Assembly (NCBI RefSeq): GCF_018350175.1 | Contig: NC_058368.1 | Coordinates: 216,196,001-216,260,000, forward strand | Source of the DNA: Felis catus | Lineage: Eukaryota | DNA length: 64,000 bases | Direction of reading: 5' to 3' | Shown here: positions 55,133 through 64,000 of the stretch, piece after piece | How the letters are laid out: each line of letters begins with the position of its first letter | Numbering within the stretch: position 1 is the stretch's first letter | Translations under genes and position numbers: made by a program | The notes under the pieces: generated by a model | Databases searched by the model: none | What the model saw: the letters and a program-made list of their open reading frames with translations, nothing else | What the model was told of the DNA's origin: nothing

Positions 55133-55439
55133 GTTCCTCTGGAGACGCTGCTGGCCAAGAATGAATGGGTAGCAATCTCACTCTCTTGACTGGGATAAAT
55201 GGGAGCACAGACTCCTTTTGTCAACCCGCTCTATCTTCTTGTTTTGTTCCCACAAAATCTTCTCCTGGTCGGCCTCAGAATGTGGGCCTTTATCTTTGCA
55301 TCTTCTACACCCACAACCAATGTGGCATGAAAATCGTAAAGCCCAGGTATCTCATTTCATCAAATATTTTTACTACCACAATTGGCACAATTGGCCCAAT
55401 GTGAGAATTCAATAAATGCTGGTTACAAGCACATGTAAG
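55133..55439 (-). pseudogene. Pseudo-exon, about one cadherin repeat (307 nt)
   Basis: Acceptor tttatttcatag|CTTAC, donor AAC|gtaaga. Reads IVPIVVVKIFDE/(frameshift)NEIPGLYDFHATLVVGVEDAKIKAHIL, matching VxVxDxNExP...VxEDAxxG of cadherin repeats. Confidence 0.7.
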
Positions 55440-56407
55440 CTATGAAATAAATAGTTTCACCTCTTTGCTGTTTAAAGCATTTTATTTCAATTATTTAGTT
55501 TGACTAGAATGTATCTTGTATGAATTGAACCATTTAATGTACACATTGCATTCATACATATACATACATTCTTTGGGATTATCATACTCACATTTGCTCA
55601 TTCCTGCATTGGAGCGTGCTTGGTTTTCCTCATTTGTTACCATGTGATATTCTTATGGAATTTAGAAATTTCACTTATTGTAAAATTCTTAATAGTAACC
55701 TATTGGATTTGAATCGGGGTAACTTTGGATGTAATCTGCATGATCAATATAGATGGCAAAGCTTTTATTTTTCTCTCTCCATTCTGTAGGTCAACTGTAG
55801 GGAAATGCTATTTGCAATATGTATGATATATTCATAGCATTTTTTCTTGGTAAAAAGGTAGGAAAAATGAACAATCCTTGCTTTGTGGTTTTGAAAGGGT
55901 ATCTGCTTGCACTTAAGCATCTTTATGAACAATTCAAGTACAACTGCACTTGAAAATTAATGAGCCAAGGAAATGAGCCTTGGTTAGTTTTCCACTCTTT
56001 GACTTCTAATATTACACTTGTTCCTATAGTTAACATTAAAAGCACTACATTAAGTTCATATGAAATATAGCGTTGTTGTCTGATCTATTCAAAGCTGACT
56101 AGAACCTTCTAATGGTAATCTTGCTTGGGTCTATGTAGTTATCTACAAGAAAAACAAAACAGACCTTTAAAAATAGAGAGATCTGGAAACTGCAAATCAC
56201 AGGAAAGATTTGGAAACAAGTGAGGGGATAAGGTATATCTTCAGAAACACAAGTGGGGTTATACGTGAAGTTATTTGAGTACTCTAGCTATTTTTAGGAC
56301 ATATGCCACAGCCTTTCTAGCACCAGTACAGGCACAAAGCATACAGTTAGAATTCTAGTCCCTTTATGAGTATATTTATCTTGGAATTGACACTTCGATG
56401 CTCTAAC

Positions 56408-56710
56408 CTATTGGATATTGTGAACTGAGAGCCCCCAGAGGATCAGGCTATGCATTTCTGCCATCGCGTCTTGTAATATTACTACCCCACAGGTAATGTA
56501 AAAAGCAACAAAAAAGACTGATGTAAAAAAAAACGAAGCCGTGTTGAAGAAAACCACCCCTCCTCAGAAAAAAGAAGTCATTAAAAAGACAGTGGTTTTG
56601 AACCTGGACATCAATGTCTCTGTCCACAAAAGGGGGCTTGCACACTACGACTGTTTTGAACAAAGATATTGGTTTTCACTGAAAAATATATCATAACATG
56701 TGTGTATAAC
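56408..56710 (-). pseudogene. Pseudo-exon, cadherin repeat (303 nt)
   Basis: Acceptor ctccttctgtag|GTTATAC (phase-1 xYT), donor TAG|gttaga. Contains FSVKTNIFVQNSRSVQAPFC (PxC-type linker) and, in another frame, FVDRDI (DxD). Confidence 0.55.
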
Positions 56711-56801
56711 CTACAGAAGGAGCACTGAAACTCTAAGTAGTCTCAGTGAAATTTTGATAAATACAAATAAACCAGCTAACTCAAATCTGAACAATGCACA
56801 C

Positions 56802-56960
56802 TGATTTGGGTTGTATGTGCACCAGAGAAACCAGGATGATAAACTTTTTTTTTTTGTTTTTTTTTTGTTTTTTTTTTAATGCCACTAAACACATCTAGAG
56901 CCTTCACTTTATCATCAGAAAATATACAACTCCTTTCACTATAGTCGCATAGTATTCTCC
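56802..56960 (-). pseudogene. Pseudo-exon, N-terminal half of a cadherin repeat, with an A-rich tract
   Basis: Strong acceptor (T)n-gcctag|GAG. Reads EYYATIVKG.../(frameshift)KVKALDVFSG, like YxATI...VxAxDxDxG. Donor position is uncertain. Confidence 0.55.
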
Positions 56961-57413
56961 TAGGCAAAAAAAAAAAAAAAAAAATCAAATTAACTTGAGA
57001 AAAGTTGTATCCTAAAATTATTGTAATGTATCATATTCTTCAGATAATATTTCAATAACAATAGTTACCTCTGTCTCATGTCAACAGATTCATTTGGAGT
57101 ATTTCTTTAGTATGGAAGAGCTACAGTGGGAGATTATTTTCAAGTTAAGGGAATAGATTTGGCTCTCTTAACCTCTATAAATACCTGATCTTTGTGCAGG
57201 CACTCAGACACCATCTTATTATTGAATATCCCAAAGCACTCTCTAATTATCCAGTCTTGATTTTCCTTAATGAATGAGGCTTCCCCCGATCATTTAACTA
57301 ATTAATACTTAATAGCTAATAACAGTGAGTATGACACTATAAAACATGGGTTCTTTGCATTTGGTAAATTTTTATTCACAAACAAATATGTAAAGCATGT
57401 AGAAAAGTGGTTA

Positions 57414-57632
57414 GGGGTGCCTGGGTGGCTCAGTTGGTTGAGTGTCCGACTTCAGCTCAGGTCATATCTCACAGTCTACGGGTTCGAGCCCCGTGTCAGG
57501 CTCTGTGCTGACAGCTCAGAGCCTGGAGCCTGCTTTGGATTCTGTGTCTCCCTCTCTCTCTTCCCCTCCCCCGTTCATGTTCTGTCTCTGTCTCTCTCAA
57601 AAATAAATAAACATTAAAAAAAATTAAAAAAA
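57414..57632 (+). mobile_element. Can-SINE with TSD
   Basis: TSD agaaaagtggtta. Confidence 0.95.
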
Positions 57633-57920
57633 GAAAAGTGGTTAAAAGCACAGTTTCATTTCTAACCAGGATTTAAGTCAAGATTTTTTTTACATATGAA
57701 ATGGGCAATCTCAGACCTCACTGAACCTGTTTTTCACCTGTAAATCAAGGAGAATATCCAGAGTTAAGATATGCAAAGAGCACAGCACAGTTACTGATAT
57801 GCTGTAAATGATCAACATATATTAAATCTGCAAATGGGAAGATTAGCAGAGTGACAATAGGTTTAGACACTGGAGTTAAAGAACCCAGACATCACTCACA
57901 ATATATAACTTAAACTTTCT

Positions 57921-58103
57921 GGGGCACGTGGGTGGTTCTTCTGTTAAGCATCTGACTCTCGATTTCAGCTCAAATCATGATGTCACAGTTTGTGAGTTTG
58001 AGCCCCACGTAGGGCTCTGCACTGATTCTCTCGCTCTCCTTCTCTCTCTGCCCTCCCCTCTTCTCTCTCTCACTCTCTCTAAAAATGAATAAACTTAAAA
58101 AAA
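57921..58103 (+). mobile_element. Can-SINE within a MIR
   Basis: Head match; MIR-like flanks. Confidence 0.88.
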
Positions 58104-58924
58104 TTTTCTGAGTTTCCATTTTCTCATATTTAACGTGATACCATCCTACTTCAAATATTTGTTTTAAGGTATAAATAAGGTAATTTGTGTAAATTGTAGC
58201 TTTTAAATTTGCAAAGTACCCAGACAAGGACCTTAACTATTATAAACAATATAGGTCACTTCCTGAGTATGAAATAATCATATATATTTTTCATTTTTAA
58301 TTGTAAAGGTTACCTACTGTTTGGTATTATCAATTTGAGATTTAGTGTTTATTAAGTCTCCTTATCCTTAAAATACAGGAAACCATCAGCATTATTAAAT
58401 AATACAGGATTAATTATATAGGATTAGATGTTATAGGATATGAGTGGGATTGTATTGTCCCTCTGCAAACTGTTTTAGTCTTAGTTCAAATAATTGAAAC
58501 CTGTAATTTGTGTATATACCCACACTGCTGTGCTAAATACCCTGGTTTTAATTACTTTCATCATTTAAAACATAGCGATTGGGTACTTGTTTGCTAAAAG
58601 CTAATTCAACGTGTTTCTTCACAGTTTGGGTTTGTTTTTTTGTTTTTGTTTTTGTTTTTGTTTTTAGTTTCTAAATGAATAACCATTATAAGGCAGTACC
58701 TTTACTATGCATATCTAGACTGACTTCAGAACCTTTTCTTTTGCATTTGTTGATATAACAAGACAAAATAACAATGTCTTAGTCGAATTAGAAGTGCATT
58801 TCACTTTCATTTACCATCAACAGTTTATGATTGTCATTTATGTTATCGGGAACCAAAGCTCAATGTGATGTTTTGTCATCATCAAATGGTAACTTAGCTC
58901 TTGTGTTTAAAAATCACGCTTCAA

Positions 58925-59128
58925 GGGATGCCAGGGTGGCTTAGTCAGTTAAGCATCCAACTTCGGCTTGGGTCATGATCTCACAGTCTGTGAGTTTGAG
59001 CCCCACGTCAGGCTCTGTGCTGACAGCTCAGAGCCTGAAGCCTGCTTTGGATTCTGTCTCCCTCTCTCTCTGCCCCTCCCCTGTCTGCAATCTGTTTGTC
59101 TCTCTCTCTCAAAAATGAATAAAGCAAA
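58925..59128 (+). mobile_element. Can-SINE
   Basis: Consensus match. Confidence 0.92.
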
Positions 59129-60449
59129 ATTACTTTTCGATTCTCATTTTTAAGTCCACATTCTAGTCTGTATGACCTGGAAAGTTCATACATCACTTCT
59201 GCTCATATTTCGTTGTTGGGGACTTGTGGCAAGGCCACATCCAGCTATGTGGTAGCCTGAGAAATTTGGTTTTGCTTAGATGGTCATGTAGTCAGCTAAA
59301 ATATGTATTACTATTAAAGAAGAGGTGTCCAGATACTATGGGGGAGACAGCAAACTGACTCTTCCTCAATAGTTTTCTTTTGTAAGTTTCCAGGTAGGTT
59401 TGTCTTCAGTTGTGGAATAATGAGTCCTGGAGACTCCATGTCCATTTCTATTACTGTGTTTCCAGTATTAAAGCTATTTGATTCAACGAACACCATTCTG
59501 ACATCACTGGTGACCCATCCTACTTTATTCTCCTATAACCAATCATCCTGAATTCCCACAAGGCTGCACAGCCCTGAAAATCTTCACCATACTTAGAATT
59601 TATATGGCTCTTCAAGGATTGGATGGATATCAAAATCTTTAATGTCTCAGCAGTACCTTAATTTTAATATAACTGAAGCCACTCATTATATAGTCCATCT
59701 CTTTCTATAAGGGCATTTGCTTTTCTTTATCCTTTTTTTGATTTTCACGATAACCATCCAGTTATCCAAGTCTAAATCTGGACAGTCCATATATATTTCT
59801 CTACACTTTATCACATCAAATGAGTAACTAAAGGAAACCACTGTTATGCTGTAGGCATTTCTGTCCTGAGTCCCCTCATCTTTGTGTTTCTTGACACCCA
59901 TTTTTCATGCCCCTCCTTTGGCGTCCTCTTCTCTGCTTCAATCTGACTGCTGTCAGAATAATCCCTCTAAGCCTTGAAATCCACTTAAATATTAAAATGA
60001 CTTCTTACCATTTACATAGTGAAAAGAAATCTCTAGATTTCTTAGAGATATGGAGGGCATTCATGCTTTGACTTCACAGCCATGTCCGTCATCTCTAACT
60101 TCAGTCGAACTAGATTTAACTGCCTGCAGTTTCCTCACCCTGCTCACGCCTTCATCCTTTACATATATCCCCTGGCAGAGTCCTGAAAAAATGTCTAGTA
60201 GAACAAAAGTGTTTCCTCAACCGAAATATTTGAGTAGCTTCCCGTAGACCGAAATCGTCGCCTGTTCAACTATCTTCAGGCACTGCATTTATTTCCACAA
60301 CAACACTGTACTTATGAACATTGTAGAACTTGCCACATTTTATTGTAATAGTCTCTTCCAAATTCCCTTCCATGGCGAAAAATGTATTGTTTACATCGTC
60401 TACTTTCAGCATTCCCTCCTGGTGTATGATATCTACACAGTACACATTG

Positions 60450-61103
60450 CAGTATTCCCTTCTTACTCACAGTTTCACTTTCTGTGGCTTTATTTCTTTT
60501 TAACTGTATTTATTTATTTTGAGAGAGAGAGAGAGAGAAAGTGAGTGGGGGAGGGGGGACAGGGAGAGAGAATCCCAAGCAGGCTCCGCACTGCCAGCAC
60601 AGAGCCTGACATGGGGCTCAAACTCACGAACGGACAAATCATGACCTGAGCAGAAATCAAGAGTCAGATGCTCAACCAACTGAGCCACCCAAGGACCCTT
60701 GCTTCTGTGTTTTTATTTACCTGTGGCCAACCGTGGTCCTACTTATTATCAGCAGCTCAGTAGGAGCCAAATGCATTGTCATAATGCCTGTGTCATTCAC
60801 CTCCCTTCATCTCCTCACATAAGCATTTTACCACCTCACCTTATCACAAGAAGACAGTGAGTATAATACAATAAGATATTTTGAGAGAGGGAGACCACAT
60901 TCACATAACTTTTATTAGACTATTTGATCTTATTTTATTTGTTATTTTGTTAATCTCTTATTGTGCCTAATTAATAAATTAACTGTGTCATAGGTATGTA
61001 TGTATAGGAAAAACATAATATATATAGGGTTCAGTACTGTTGAGTTTCAGGCAACCACCAAGGGTCTTGCAATGTATCCCCCGCAGGTAAGAGGGGACTA
61101 CTG
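60450..61103. mobile_element. MER44 (Tigger-family) DNA transposon interrupted by a Can-SINE (60497-60698, minus)
   Basis: TIRs cagtattcccttctta... / ...taagaggggactactg followed by TA; internal ctgtggccaaccgtggtcc. Confidence 0.85.
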
Positions 61104-61282
61104 TAAATATTTGTTAACCAGTATCATTTTGACTTCGAGTTTTTCCAGTTTGCAATTACAAAAATAGTTTTCATTGCCTTTCTGCATCCATAAAACATCT
61201 TCTACCTCTATCTTAAATACCGTATGATAAATATTACCTTCAATAGGGAATATAATTTAATTCAAGTGCTTTTGCTTTGAAA

Positions 61283-61496
61283 TTTATTTTTTTATGTTTA
61301 TTTATTTTTGAGAGAGAGACACGGAGTGCGAGCAGGAGAGGGGCAGAGAGAGAGAGAGAGGGAGACGCACAATCTGAAACAGGCTCCAGGCTCCAAAGCT
61401 GTAGGCACAGAACCTGACGTGGGGCTTGAACTCACAGACTGTGAGATCATGACCTGAGCCAAAGTTGGAGGCTTAACCGACTGAGCCACCCAGCAC
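61283..61496 (-). mobile_element. Can-SINE with TSD
   Basis: TSD ttaattcaag(t/g)gctttt. Confidence 0.93.
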
Positions 61497-61751
61497 TTAA
61501 TTCAAGGGCTTTTAAATAAAGGGCCTCTGATACAACTTTATTTTTTTTTAATTTTCCATAAAAAAATAGGAATTAAAACATAATGATACCTTTGGCTGAT
61601 TTAAAAAATAAAACATATGTAAAAATATCTAAGCTTGATTATTTGAAATTCCACATGATTCTAAAAATTAGTTGATGGATTCTAGTGAACTTCTGAGATT
61701 TAAGTATGACCCCGGGGGGCATTGACTCATACGTATTAATAAGTATTTTAC

Positions 61752-61850
61752 CTCAGTCAAGAAAATCTAAAGGATCTCATGGGGCAACAGGGACATATTT
61801 TCTGTTTCTCTAAACCAGGAAAAAGAACAAATCAATTTGCATTTTGAAAT
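61752..61850 (-). pseudogene. Candidate pseudo-exon (99 nt)
   Basis: ctaac branch point, gtttttattctctgtag|A, donor GAG|gtaaaa. Phase-1 reading ...VPVAP*DPLDFLD resembles LDF(E). Stops in all frames. Confidence 0.4.
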
Positions 61851-63139
61851 CTACAGAGAATAAAAACTGCTAGTTAGATTGTTACGAATTCCTCTAGGAG
61901 CAGTAGGTTGAAGTATTCTTTGCAATATCATATGATGACATTTTTATTATCAGAAACTATTTTTGCATGTACAAATAAAAATATGTTCTGTGCTATTGCT
62001 CTCTCACTGTGAGTAGTATACTTAGAAAACTGATTCATATTGTTATCCTTGAATCTTTACTGCTTACCACAGGCTGCTTGTCATGTGTAAGTCCTAAGGG
62101 CTATTGCAACTTTTATTGCTACTTACGTACTGTTCAGATTATATGAACGTATAAGACCAATTAAGAGAGTCCTTTATTTCATAACTTTGGGTACATTTAT
62201 GGGAAATTTGTTTTAGAGCTGGCAAGAGTGCATCTATAGATGTAATTTAAATTAAACATCTCAACAGAGAAGTATTTTAATGGGATGTTATACAGTATGC
62301 TAACTATCAGTAAGTTGTGCGAGTAATAATAAAAAAATGTGCTCTATGCAAATTTAACCTATTAACTAACCCAGGCACATTAAATCATTACACGGTAAGA
62401 ATCATGGAACATTTCTGCTGCTTTTTCCATTATGGTTTCCAAAGTTCTGTTTCAGAGAAATAATACTATCAACCATCCCTACACATTGTTTAACTGATGA
62501 AGCGTTTTTATTCTTCCTTGTATTTTCACACTCTGTAGTGGGGTTCATATGTGTTTATTAACTATATTTTGCCAATAAGGAAATAGATCTTAAGATATGA
62601 AATGATTTGCCTACAGTTACAGAATTAATACAATTTGAAATCAAGCACGAATCTAGGAATATTTTTTGCTCGATTTCGTGCTTTGTTTTTCTTTCCATTT
62701 CCAATTTGCAGTATTTAGTCCTTACCATTTTAGCTTTGGGTCACATGCAGTCCTGCCTATTCCCCTGTGTGTCTTCAATTTCGCATTTTCGACTTATTTC
62801 CTTTGGATGCAATCATATTTAGTCATTTGTGTAGTGAATCTCCTTCCTCAACCCTGGCTTAAGTTCAAATAATGGCCTCAATTGTCTTAGCAAACCTACA
62901 AAAAATTGAAAGTCTCCATTCACACTTGTGCTTCTTCACTCCTCATTTTATTTCATTTTCCACTACTCTTCTCACTTATTGCCATATTCCACACCCCCTC
63001 CCCTATCTATACCCAGTTTAAGTTTGGTAAGTTTGGCTCCTTGATCAGTCTTCAAACTTCTTCCACCACATTTCCGTGATGCTGCATACTTTCTATTATT
63101 TCTTATAAGATTTTGATTGTACTTTCTATGTGGCTTTAA

Positions 63140-63376
63140 TTTTTTTTAGTATTTATGTATTTATGCATTTATTTACTTATGTTTATTTTTGACAGAGAGA
63201 GCATGAGGAGCATGAGCGGGGGAGGGCAGAGAGAGAGGGAGAGACAGGATCCAAAGCAGGCTCCAGGCTCTGACCTGTCAGCACAGAGTCCCCGCGGAGC
63301 TCGAACTCACGGACCCAGGAGATCATGACCCCAGGGGATGTCGGAGGCTCAACAGACTGAGCCACCCACGCGTCCC
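63140..63376 (-). mobile_element. Can-SINE with TSD
   Basis: TSD tttctatgtgg(c/a)ttt. Confidence 0.93.
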
Positions 63377-64000
63377 TTTTCTATGTGGATTTTATTGGTG
63401 CTTCTTGTTACATTCCTAAACCTGATTTCCAAGATTCCATTCTAATGTATCTCCCATTGTCTTGCTAGTTCAAGAAACTGTCACTATGGTCCGATGATAC
63501 CAGATTGCTCACAAACGCGTCTCTTGTTCAATTTCTGTTACTTAGATGACACTTGAGGGACCTTATTTGCACTACACTTAGTATTTTTTTGTGTATCATT
63601 ATTTATACCGCACATTTGACACTTTCTGTTTCTGCATAAAGTATTTCCAGTTTATTCCATTTTGATGCCGTGTATGTTGACATTGTCTTTGCTACTAACA
63701 AAAATTTAAGTATGTCACGTTAAGAACTCTTTTCACTGTTTTAGCATATGAGTGTGCTCTGACACAGAAAAATTACACAGTTGTTACTGGATAATTGATT
63801 AGGTAACATTTCTTACTGGAAAATTTTATTGAGAAACATTGGGATTTAGGTCTTAGTGGAGTTCTTTATTAAGCCTGCAATGCTTCGAATACTTGCATAA
63901 ATTTGAGTACTAAAAGGTTCCATCTGAGATATAATCTGATTTATATCTTCTACTATTTCATTTACTTCACCATTGTGACACGTGAGAAATCTGCTTAGGC

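Larger units (their letters stand above)
40883..61850 (-). pseudogene. Decayed multi-exon cadherin-related (CDHR3/CDHR4-like) unitary pseudogene; 5' part probably beyond the window
   Basis: A run of co-oriented minus-strand acceptor/donor-bounded segments (61752-61850, 56802-56960, 56408-56710, 55133-55439, 54604-54789, 51566-51748, 44497-44578, 43585-43887, plus small exons). Translations bridged across frameshifts give cadherin EC motifs. Most of the larger segments have stops or frameshifts. Confidence 0.65.

Noticed and set aside
56490..56695. Plus-strand Lys-rich reading KATKKTDVKKNEAVLKK...
   Set aside because: No start codon, preceded by a stop, and antisense to the cadherin-like pseudo-exon.
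59314..59496. ORF MVFVESNSFNTGNTVIEM... as another cadherin exon
   Set aside because: Resemblance is weak, it abuts MLT/L2 remnants, and it has no clear splice boundaries.

Overview
AT-rich felid (cat-family) genomic DNA, identified by many Can-SINEs of the young SINEC_Fc type and an L1_Fc 3' end. No intact protein-coding gene is supportable: the long ORFs in the track come from SINEs, L1s, microsatellites or off-frame readings. About half the window is interspersed repeat: Can-SINEs, carnivore and ancient L1, L2, MIR, a CR1/L3 RT fossil, MaLR/ERV LTRs, MER44 and MER3. The main hidden signal is a series of minus-strand AG...GT-bounded segments between about 40.9 and 61.9 kb. Several are about 300 nt, and their frameshift-bridged translations carry cadherin-repeat motifs (DxNExP, VxED, VKALDV.SG, PxC, DRD). 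I read this as a heavily decayed, intron-containing pseudogene of a CDHR3/CDHR4-like cadherin-related gene (inference). Also present are a ~0.4 kb inverted duplication flanking a local inversion at 22.4-26.0 kb and several repeated retroposon insertions into a single target site. Repeat subfamily names and translations are by eye, not from a database search.
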